From the NCBI GenBank assembly GCA_002633005.1, contig NMRA01000051.1, positions 747,273 to 811,272 of the forward strand: a stretch of 64,000 nucleotides of DNA. Direction: 5' to 3'. Position numbers and translations under genes: made by a program. Origin of the DNA: Phoronis australis (Eukaryota > Animalia > Phoronida). Under the pieces are notes generated by a model that had not been told where the DNA came from, made no database searches, and saw only the letters and a list, made by a program, of their open reading frames with translations. Shown here in pieces: positions 37,201 to 47,556 of this stretch. Every line of letters begins with the position of its first letter. Positions within the stretch are counted from its first letter, which is position 1.

Positions 37201-39650
37201 CTGTTAAATGCACTATCTTGATTTGCAGGTTGCCCTAATCTTTACATGTTAGAAACTGTTGACTCTTCGAAGCTGGCTGCTGCTGTGAACTCTAATTTGC
37301 AGCAGAACCGACCGGATGAGAGGTTAAAGGTCATGGTTCAAGTGAACACGAGTGGTGAAGAACGTAATGATAATTTTAAGATTTTGTTAGCCAGTGACAG
37401 GGGGTGGAAACCAACTCTTGCTACACTTTAGACTGCGCAAAAAGTCTTGCCACACACGAAAACTCTTACCACGGTACATGAATTCTTGCCATGCTCAGGC
37501 ACTCTTTTCATAGACTGAGATTTCATAACAAGAGTTTTCATGGTGTGTGTGTGTTAGGCATGCACATTGTAGTAAGATTTGGTTTCCGCTCCTTGAGTCA
37601 GAACTAGCATTTTACATCACAAGACGTGTGGATAGGAATTTGACCTTGTATTTGACCTTGTATCTACAAGACATGAACATGATTGCTCCGGGTTTTATAC
37701 CTCACCAGGATCAACAATCGTGACGGAAAACAAGAAATGCTTTAATAAGTTGAAACTTGACTTTTTTCTGAACTTAAATCAGTTCTTCCAACAGACACAG
37801 AAACGAAGCAAAGAAACAACATATCCATTCTTGATGGCCTAACCATGTGGTGCATGTACAACTCAAGGTCATTTAGAAATGTTGCGAGGTTATGCTACTC
37901 AACTTCATTTTAAATTTCAGCAAAAGCAAGAATGTGTTTGCATCTAGTGATCTCCTTGCCATATTCATTATTCTGTATTCTTTCAGAGAAGAGTGGTTGC
38001 ATGCCCAGTGAAGCTAAAGATCTTGTTGCTTTCATAACTAAAGAATGTCCTCGTCTGCAGTTCGTGGGCCTCATGACAATTGGGGCATATGGCTACGACA
38101 TAAGCCAAGGACCTAATCCGGATTTTAAGGTACACGAATGATGCACAGTTAATCTTGTATTTTACAAACGGGACTTACCCGTATTTAAACATTGCATTTA
38201 TATCCGAAATTATGTGTTGTAATTTTAGAAGCATGTTTAGATCAAGTGTTTAACACATAAGCGTATGTGCCTAAGCCTCACCAGGAGGTACATAATAGTG
38301 ATTTCTTGCATACTCGTCTATCTTAAGGTTATGTAGTTGTACCTTATCGAAAAGTCTGTATTTACCCAAATATCTACTAACAGTATATTTTAACGCCAAT
38401 AAAAGTATACATCTTCAAAAAGTAGAAACCCTAGTATAGAATTTTTTTTTTTTTGACTTTTTATCAATCTATTGGGTCACATGACCATGTCTTTTTAGTA
38501 AAATTTTGAAAAAAAGAAGTTACAACAATATCAAAAGAAAAGTGTCGACAACTCCCGAAATGTTATTGAAGATGAAATCTCAAAAACTATGCTACAATTT
38601 TCTAAACTGTCATTTCATTTTCATGTTATGCAGCTTCTGAGATTTTTTTGAAAATTACAATAGACCCTCACACAAACGTAGAACGTTTTAAAAACCATCT
38701 CTAACAGCATTTTGAAAACAATGCTTGAAGCATAGTATCTGAAAGTTGAGTCATCTCTGATGTATGGTGTTCAGAAATTGGCCAAATTTGGACTTTTTCC
38801 AGAATCTTAATGTAACCTTAAATATGGCGTTTTTACCCAATAAGAAAACATTGTCAAGTGGACATCATTTTGTGATGAACAAGCTTGGCCCTAGTACATG
38901 CATATTTGTTAGTGACAAATTATTGCAGTCAACTAATTTCACCAAAACTGTTATTAGCATTGTGAAGACTTTTGTAGGTTATTAAGGAATTCGTCAGATG
39001 TGTTTGGTTTCTTACTAGAAGAGTTTATACCTGACGTGAAGGAAAATACGTAATTGTTGTTGTTTTTCAGTGTTTATCCGATTGCCGTGACAGGCTATGC
39101 AAAGATCTGGGACTTGATAAAAATGATGTGGAACTGAGTATGGGCATGTCAACTGACTACGAAAATGCAGTAAGTAATTAGGCAATACTGGGTATGACAA
39201 TTCATTCAATAAAAATTTCATACAACAGAGGACAAAATTGTGGCTGCCTACTGGCGTCTCACATTGTGTAGAAAAGTGGGACACGTTGTGTAATGTAAGA
39301 TACCCAGATTAAAGTGAAAACTAGTGAGATGATGGCAATATCCAGCTAAGGCTCGTCTTGCCCAAGTCAAATGTGCCAGAAATTAGCCTTACAGAGCGTG
39401 GTCCTGGTGTTTAAGTCCATTAAAGTTATAGATCATTAATATGGCTATAAACCTGACTTCCGTCACAAAAAATATTTGATTTAGATCACATTTAGTGGAA
39501 TGTAACTCGAATAACTAAACTTGGTTCACTTTTCTCTTCTAGATTGAGGTGGGCAGCACCAATGTTAGAGTGGGCAGTACGATATTTGGGGCGCGGCAGT
39601 ACCCTAACAAGAAGATGGAATCGTGTGAAGACGCTCAAGGACATAGTTGA
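31258..39650 (+). CDS. PLPBP: Pyridoxal phosphate homeostasis protein (PLPBP/PROSC, YggS family), 266 aa, 8 exons
   Basis: Exons 31258-31353, 32048-32155, 33562-33597, 35796-35871, 37229-37363, 37987-38129, 39071-39169 and 39543-39650. Motifs LVAVSKTKP (PLP lysine), [39 protein letters not shown] and [15 protein letters not shown] at 39731. Confidence 0.97.
31500..31990. repeat. Degenerate tandem repeat in PLPBP intron 1
   Basis: Recurring GTGGTCATAC.GACAAAA(C/T)TGTCC...CTCTAAG-like units at roughly 55-60 bp spacing. Confidence 0.45.
33791..35433 (-). mobile_element. Internally deleted hAT transposon with TTF-type zinc-finger remnant
   Basis: TIR CAGGGCTCAACA(T/C)TAAC; subterminal ACTTGCCC/CGGGCAA repeats at both ends. 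Minus-strand remnant [36 protein letters not shown], continuing after a frameshift as [12 protein letters not shown] (about 34770-34990). No TSD recognisable. Confidence 0.75.
33985..34251. mobile_element. hAT-like MITE, 5-bp TSD (family copy 2), nested in the hAT derivative
   Basis: Termini CAGCGGCGGATTTAG / CTGGATCCGCCCCTG; perfect TSD GTTGC. Confidence 0.8.
35903..36183. mobile_element. MITE with inverted termini
   Basis: GTTTCATGAAAAGTGACT(G)AAG ... CTTAAGTCACTTTTCATGAAAC, followed by a 26-bp duplication at about 36174-36226. Confidence 0.6.
38327..38817. mobile_element. Possible TTAA-flanked Kolobok-type MITE
   Basis: TTAA-GGTTA...TAACC-TTAA; only a short TIR. Confidence 0.4.
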
Positions 39651-41836
39651 TGAATTGTCGAGTTACACCTTAAGTTAGTAATGTTGCAATATCTTGTATA
39701 TCTTTCAACACATATAGAATGTATTTATGTAATAAAAATGTGATTTTTTTGGTATTAGGAGTTACCTCATGTTTTAATTGCACCAGAAGAATTGTTTCCC
39801 TCATTGTGTATACACTTAATGCATATAGAATAATGAACAATTAGTGTTTTTTAAAAGGTGGACAATACATTATATAATAATTACCTTATATTTTATATGT
39901 ATTGTCAACATAAACTTTATATTGATAACATTATACTCCACACTAGTACATATCAAAACTTGAATGAGTTATAAATGAAGAAACACGGAAGTGCTGAGCA
40001 TTGTTTTGAGTGTACACTGAAAACTTACACGTGGGATTTAATGGGACTAAGAGATTTCATCCAAACTGGGCGAAATTTGACATGTCAGCAGGGCCGAGTG
40101 CAACACCTTTGACTCGGTTAATAATGCTCTAGTGTTCAGTAGTCATTTTCAGAACCTGCTAATAAATAAATAGTAAATATCTTGTGCATATATTTTCATG
40201 GTGTGCATCTCATGCTGCAAACTTCCCATAAAAACAAGACGAGGATCGGTTTGGAGAAATCTAGTGACCTGGTTATCTTACAGGTTCTGTCCACATTCCA
40301 GTCTCTAAGGGGCCAGTCATCAATAGACTCTATTCAGTAGATCACATATAGTGAGGGTAATTACCCTTTCTGATCAGATCATATCGAAATGGGCTTGAAA
40401 GCGTCCAGACTATTATTCCATATTCTTTTTTGAGACATAAAAACCGATGGAAACCATGAAATATTATTGGAGTAAAAATTGGACAATGTGGGTTCTTGAA
40501 GTTTCAAAAGTGGTCAAGTAATGGTAATTTTGTCAACAAAAACTCAAGCCTTGAGCTATTCATTGGAAAGTGGTTTTCAGCATGGCTTATCAGCTAATTA
40601 GCATTACTAACCAACCATAGAAGCTGGGACTGAAAGAATGTGGATAAAACTGGTAGTGTAGAAGGAATTTCCTTTATAGGGCATGTTCTCAACATGTGAT
40701 GCTGGTCATCAGTTCAATCCATCCAGATTATCCTCTAGGGCATCATTAAGGAGAATCAAGACTTCACGTGCACTGCTGTGGTTAGTTGTCTTTGATAAAC
40801 TTTAGTTTATGTTCGGGACATTTTGGAAGACTCAAAGGTAAAAATGAGGGAATGTGTTGATTCAGAACGACCTGCATATTTTGAGTTGTGGACAAAAATA
40901 AGACCTTAAATAAGAACTCTGACTTACACATTGAGCTTTATTAAAGAATCAATGCAAAGCAACTGTGCCACGTAAGTTTGTCCGAGCTGAGTGAAACTCT
41001 GACTTCTAAAGGCACATCTGACTTACGACTACAGGACAAAGGAAAATCTTTATAAATAGACAAAAATCACTTGGTGTGCAAAGTTGCTACAAACACGCCT
41101 TTAGTTACAAAATCAACTTGCCATCCTGAATCTAGTCCCAACTTATTCCTCATTCAGATTCAAGGTGACTTCTGGACATATGTACAACTGACAGTTTGGC
41201 AGTGTTTGAGACCAAGCTCAACAGGTTGGCTTAACCGGCTGGTCAAGATTCTGTACGAGTTTCAAGCACTTAAAATGTTGAGGCACCGGTTCTTTCTGGG
41301 CTCAGAAATTGTATCTTACACCAGTACTTAGCCAAGGAACCAAGAGGGATTAGATCTGTGATGGTAAGAGGCCTAACTCGAAGTTCTGTTTCTCAAAACA
41401 GGCGTCAGTTTCATAGATACAATATACTGTCTCCCAAAAATGCAAGATGACTCAAGTCTTCAAGATATCATGACCATGCATTACAAACAAAACGCATGAT
41501 CACACTAGATTATTGTGTCTACAGAACTCAACCAAGTTTATTGGAAAGACTGACAAAAAACTAGGTATCCTTGAAAATGTTCCGACAGTGTGTGTAATCT
41601 GGACTGGTCCAGACTACAGACAACCTTCTAGTAAATTTTAATGAACTCCTTGAATAATTCACAAAATAGCAAGTTTGCAAATTACAATACATAGTCAAAT
41701 ATATTTACAACATTTGAAGCTACGGCAATGTAATGAATCCTGTTCATAAAAGTACACACTGGAGACCATTGTTTCTATGGTAACAACTGGTGGTTACACT
41801 GGCACATACAAGTGGAACTATAAGTTTAAAATGTTA

Positions 41837-42408
41837 GGGCTGTTCCAGCAAAATCTGTGTGGGAGGGGGGGAAGGCAACTGAAATAAAAATTTATGGGTG
41901 GTTGCGTTTGACTTAAATTCAAAATGGCTGGTGGTCGTACTTCAAAAAAATTAAAATTTACAGGTCGTTGTTGTTTCATTGGGCCATAAATGTTTGATGG
42001 TGGGTAATTTTAGTAAATTTTAAAAACAATCTGCACAGAATCAAAAACTGAAACAAAAATGCAACTTGCAAAGAGCTCCGACTTTTTCACTACCTCCGAT
42101 CTCCTCATCGGCATGCCCATAACACCATTTAACCACAGGTGCTCGAATTTCTCGATGGCTAATAACCATATATAAGAAACATATGTTTTCTTAGTAATTA
42201 ATGACGTTAGTGGTGATGGAGGAACAGATAAACTCAAGCGCCTGTGCAGTCAACCACAAGAACAAAAAAAAATTACAGGTGGTTGCATTTCAAACTTATA
42301 AAAAATTACGGGTGGTAGGCTGAAGAAATAAATGAAAAATATGGGTGGTGGGTGCGAAAAAAAGGTGCCTTCCCCCCCCCTCCCATACAGATTTTACTGG
42401 AACAGCCC
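41837..42408. mobile_element. PIF/Harbinger (Tourist-like) MITE
   Basis: About 40-bp TIR GGGCTGTTCCAG(C/T)AAAATCTGT(G/A)TGGGAGGGGGGG..AAGGCA; TTA duplicated on both sides; repeated subterminal GGTGGT motifs. Confidence 0.88.
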
Positions 42409-42659
42409 TTACCGTCTTTAGATACTTTTTAAAAAAATTATCTCATGACGACAATTTCACTGTCATTACTTAGATTATTGCCGAGGCATTTATTTACATA
42501 ATGAGTAATCAATAATTACTAAACATTAACTACATTTGCTGATGAAAAGGCATTCATTTGCTAACAGTCTCGATCGAGGCACTTTCGAGAACTATGCAAT
42601 ATGAGTGATTGACCCCGGCTTGCTCTGTACTCTGTATGGATGCCTTTCCTTCATGAACA

Positions 42660-42780
42660 CTTTTGAGAACTGCGATATGCGACTGACCCCTAGTGTGTGA
42701 ATATCTTTAAGAACTGCGATATGCGACTGACCCCTAGTTTGTGAATATCTTTAAGAACTGCAATATGTGATAGTCCCTAA
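42660..42780. repeat. ~44-bp tandem repeat (about 2.7 copies)
   Basis: Unit AGAACTGCGATATGCGACTGACCCCTAGT.TGTGAATATCTTTA. Confidence 0.75.
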
Positions 42781-43137
42781 TATGTATAGTCCACTTTTCT
42801 TTGAGTACAATTAAGTTTACCCTGGTGATAAGTTTGCGGCAATTTTGGAATTGATCAGCCACATACTGTTGCCCACTATACCATAGCATTGGTTTGTAAA
42901 CTCTGCAGTATTCACAGTGAATCTTCATTTCATTGATTATGATCCACAAACTGCAAGATGTTCCAGTTCCAATGTGATGAGTATTGTGTCAGATAACAGG
43001 TATTTACAATGTGTGCCACTTGTAACTTGCAGCATCTCTTGTTTCATTCTACAATAAGATCTGCCACGAGTGAAGCAATTCCCAAGTCTTTGTTCATGTC
43101 AAAAGATGTCACCACTTGACAAGAGCCAGAAAGCTAG

Positions 43138-46100
43138 TTACTGGTGTGCAAAAGGAGTTTCTAGGAGGCAAATTTCAATCTGAGCAAGGGGTTAAGGAAA
43201 ATCAAATTTACCAGGTGATAATGAGAAAGTTGACCGCTGACTGGAATTCTAGCAGTAGAAACAGTTGGATACGTTTATAAATTAGACGATATTTTTGAAA
43301 CATGTTTCGTGAACTGTGTTTAAAATCATGAAATGTCAGTGATTACTTTCTCTTACGATCAAATAACATTTACAGAACAATCTCAAGGAGTGGAAATAAT
43401 TCCATGAGAGCACCTCTAAGTTCCAACTGTGATTCTCTAACTCATTCCCCACCAGTAGACAACATACTGGCGGTACAATCCCCAGAACCACACCCTGAAC
43501 ACAAACAAGCACACACAAAAATGATCCATACCCAGACACTAAACAAGGGTCTCGGGGACAAGAATCCGCAGCTGCAATATAGAGGAGCCAACCACGCAAT
43601 CAGATTCCCAAGACTCGAGATTGATTATTATAACATGGATCATTTTCAGCGCAGGCATGAAGCTGAAGAATGCGAGTCTAATGACTTGTGCCGCGAGTTT
43701 GGTGTCCGCTGTTCATAGGACTGGAGTTTAGGCGCGACCATTAATAGAATTAATAGGCATAGTTATGGTATCGTTTCCACTTTTGACTTTGTGAGGCAAA
43801 CAAACAAATTGAAATGAAGTTCAATTTCATGTTTTCGTCAACTGCAGCAGTACAAGCATCTTTAACCTTGGGCAACTGTAGACAAAGTCTTGTTAACAGT
43901 ACAGAAATGTGATAACACCAAAAAATGAATATAGCGTACTACAACTAACACTCGAATGTTAAATAAAACATGATCATACAGTCATCATACACAAAATGCA
44001 GCATAAAATAAAGAGAATTTGTATGTCAATCGGATTTCATAAAAACAGATCAAGAATTATGCAATTACAAAATGGCAATTTCCTTTCACTCCACGCGTTA
44101 AATGAATGCTTTTAGTGTCAAGGCCACTACTTTAAACCCAATTCCAGCAATACTGTGGTACCCGTCATGTCAACTCAGTTGTGTTACTGACGGCCTGGTG
44201 ATGTGGTTTGTGCATCAACATCAGGCCCAGTGCAATCATGACCCAGAGTCACCTGGTGGTGTAATTTCAAAATCCTTATTTCTCAGCAATGTATTCCGAG
44301 ATTTAATTTTAAACTACAGTCTGCAGAAAATCACCGAGACAATTCTAGGTTTTAATTGTGGACAAGTAAAAGATTTTTTTATTGTTAAAGTAGTTCTGAT
44401 TAAGCAAAGGATACAACTCTCAGTCCCCTTTCCGAAGGATCGACGAGCGAGATCCCCCGCGGATTATACACGTTCTTGTTCTGTTCTTCAATGTAGCGAG
44501 CGATTTTCTCAAGATTCTGAAAAAGGCAATTTTTTTGTAAATTAAAAACTCAAATGCTAAAACATGTGCCTCATAAACATTCATGTTGGAAAAAACATTC
44601 AGAGGATGGATTCATAAAAACTTTGGGCAGACCTTTCCGTGCAGTGGGTCGAGTCCTTAAACACAGTATCCACGGACCAAATGCCGTGACAGGACAAAAA
44701 CATGGCTGGAAGGAACTCAAAATCCAACAGCCAGAATCTATAAACATTTGACTGAAAACTACACCCTGATGTAATCCCAGCAAATTTTCCATAACATTTA
44801 GTTACATGTACCTATTCAAGCTACTAGGTATTTCCCCAGCCTGATTTTCAGGGGCAATCCACTGAATAACCGTCGAGTAAATCAAATACAGGAGAGCAGT
44901 AAAACCTCACAAGTTAAGGCTACCATATAGCGAGCTTGCAACTGAAATTTTCCTATTTAATTTTTTTCGCAAGAAACAAGGTGCCCGCATTTTGAGAACC
45001 AGATTTCTCCACTGAATAAAGAGTGTCAAACTGGTTCTCAAAATGTGGGCACGCTATATCCGACTATTGCTGAAACAAGTAGCATCAAATGAATGCTTTT
45101 CACTCTTAAGTTCTATTACCTGAGCTAACATTTTGTTTCAAGACACACTGGACATTCATGTCAGAGGTTTTTAAAATTATAAAGACAAATATGGCAATTA
45201 CTATCTGATAAATTGTTGAGATTTTACCATAGTTCTTAAGGACTTGCAAGTCGTCAACATTCAGAGGAGTTCATGAAAGAGCTAAGTGAATGCTTGTTGT
45301 CAAATGACAGACACCTGTGATTTACTGCCATCGTTGTGGTGCCACCTATTGGTGATTAGGACAACTAGTTAATTAAGAGTAACTGCCCTGTTGAAACTCG
45401 AAATCATGTGATACATTCTAGACCAAAGTACCCACAATGAACATCATCATTTGCCACATTATAAAAGTGCCACTTTCTAAATCTAGATTGGCTGCAAAGA
45501 AGAACAAAAACCCAGAAATCTGAGACCTTTTCATAGTGCGTGTTGATGCACAGATACAGCATGTATGCTGTGACACAGGCCATACAACTCTCGCAATACG
45601 TTCGGCCACCCAGACTTTCAGCAGCAGCGAAGTGGCTATTAATTGTAGTTATCGTGGTTGCAAATGTGTTTGCATCTATCTGTAAAACATATCACACAGT
45701 ACACATTAGAAAATGCCAATAAACTACAGTCAGATTATAAATCCGTATACTTGAACATTTGGTTCACACAACCATGCACTGAATGACAGGCATGAATTAA
45801 ATGAGCAGGGTGTTCATAGTCCCTGGCCCAGTGCCCTCTGTCTATGCCAATACCTTCCACTTAAAGTTGCTGGATCTGAGTTTGCGAATAGATCGTTAAA
45901 ATTCAAATTACACTGATTTTTTTATAATACATCGAAGCGAATCATGTCCTTTGATACGGATACAAAAAAAATCCCTGAAGTCGCATGTCCTTATATATTC
46001 TAACAATATTCAAGAAAAAATCACTTGCTGTCCCCAGAAAAATAGCAAACTTTATCAATCAAATGCCAATGACATGAACATGTATGGGAAAAAATAAAAA

Positions 46101-46607
46101 CTCATAAAAACTTCTCTAACTTCTTAAGGCAAACCCTCAGATGTACCATGAGAATTGAGTAGTCTAATCCTGCACGCATCTTGACGAGAGACTTTTTGTC
46201 TAATTTCAATTCCAACCAATCCAAAACCAATCAATTTAATATGTAAACTTAAAGTGGTTTCATGGCGACTAAGTAAGTGAAAGTTTCTTTTCGGTTTACA
46301 CCATGTAGTAATAAAATGTTCTCAACGTTTCAAAGCTCGTGCTAGGTTCTTCACTCCTAACATAAACTAAAACGAGTTTTGAAACGTTGAGAACAATTTA
46401 TTACTACATGGAGTAAACCAAAAAGAAACTTTCACTCAATCAAATATGGTAAAAAAGTAAGAATTCAGTAAATTTAATTTGCCACACCTTCCCCTCTAGT
46501 TCAGCTGGCAGCTGTGTTGGGAACTTGACACCCATTCCGTCGGAGAAATCTCGGTGTAGGAACACTTTGGCACAACTTGACACGGACATCCTCTGTAAGT
46601 CTTTCAT
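43138..46607 (-). CDS. GOLGA7: Golgin subfamily A member 7 (GCP16/Erf4 family, DHHC palmitoyltransferase cofactor), ~138 aa
   Basis: Exons 46607-46488 (MKDLQRMSVSSCAKVFLHRDFSDGMGVKFPTQLPAELEGK; acceptor at 46620), 45679-45527 (IDANTF...AESLGGRTYCESCMACVTAYMLYLCINTHYEK), 44516-44415 (NLEKIARYIEEQNKNVYNPRGISLVDPSERGLRV) and 43179-43138 (IEICLLETPFAHQ*). Colinear with the recalled human GOLGA7. The start codon is uncertain. Confidence 0.93.
43180..44414 (-). other. U12-type (minor spliceosome) GT-AG intron in GOLGA7
   Basis: 5' splice site GTATCCTTT (44414-44406); branch point TTTCCTTAAC (43200-43191) followed by CCCTTGCTCAG. Confidence 0.93.
44981..45051. repeat. Small hairpin / inverted repeat
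   Basis: GTGCCCGCATTTTGAGAACCAG ... CTGGTTCTCAAAATGTGGGCAC. Confidence 0.7.
46276..46436. repeat. Fold-back with ~65-bp inverted arms in a GOLGA7 intron
   Basis: AGTGAAAGTTTCTTTT...AACGTTTCAAAGCTCGT mirrored by ACGAGTTTTGAAACGTT...AAAAGAAACTTTCACT. Confidence 0.85.
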
Positions 46608-47556
46608 GTGTATTACTCCCTGGAAACAACAACATTCAACCTTACATTACAAAAAGGGCAACTGAGCTTGCAAGAATGAGTACCTACATAGTACTAGTAT
46701 GTGGGAAAATGAACTCACCCATTGTTGGATTATCCACTCAGCTAAGCTTTGGCTCAGAGGTTACCAACAAAGAAACGAAAGTTGCGTCACATCGAAGGTG
46801 TGAAAATTGTGGTTACCAGGGAGTGGAGCTCAAGAATGAGGAGAGGAGATATACAATTATTGGGAGACTGGGATGCATCACTGGAGAAGACTGAATAACT
46901 AAAATCAAAAGGCAACTAAATTTTTCATAGCTTAGGGGCCCCCAGAGACTTTAATCCGGCATGGTACTTGTGTGAGATTCAGTATTAAATCATTTGACAA
47001 TGACACAGTAGCTGAGTGCATTTCCAGCTAGCTCTGCTGCAGGTGGTAGTAAACTTGTCAAGCAGTAGCATGGCGCAAGGGGGACATGGCCCCATCCACT
47101 CACTTCATTGAAGTTTTTCAGTGCGCGCCTAAGCTTGAACAACTTGAACATTTTTCAACAAACAAGTACTACTTATAGTGCACAAGAGAGCGCCCGAGTC
47201 AGAGGATAAAGGCTTAAAGCGAGTTACCGATTTTAGGAACTGAACGAGGGACTGCTAGAACAAAAAGTTTGATAACAGGAGTATTTTGTCAAGTTGGAAG
47301 AAATTAAAAACATCGACGGCCTCCTAAGGTATCCCTCTATGTGCAAAAGGAACTTTTATAACAACGTGACTTTGATTTTTAATCAGTGTGAGGCATGAAG
47401 TGACAAAAGGAGTTCTGCCGTCTGTAGTTTAACTAGAGATGGTGGTCACTGTCTACTACGTACCAAATATGTAAAAACCACAAAAAGATCTCTTGCCACA
47501 CGTCGTGGAGTACGTGGTCGTGAGTCGAGGGGGTCGTGGGTCNTTCCTGTGGAAAA

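Noticed and set aside
43666-43720. Possible alternative last exon of GOLGA7 (SYEQRTPNSRHKSLDSHS...)
   Set aside because: No proper U12 branch point or pyrimidine tract, and no similarity to GOLGA7. The 43179 acceptor fits far better.
44630-44738. Possible cassette exon in GOLGA7 intron 3 (FWLLDFEFLPAM...)
   Set aside because: Its phase is incompatible with the flanking exons, and it has no homology.
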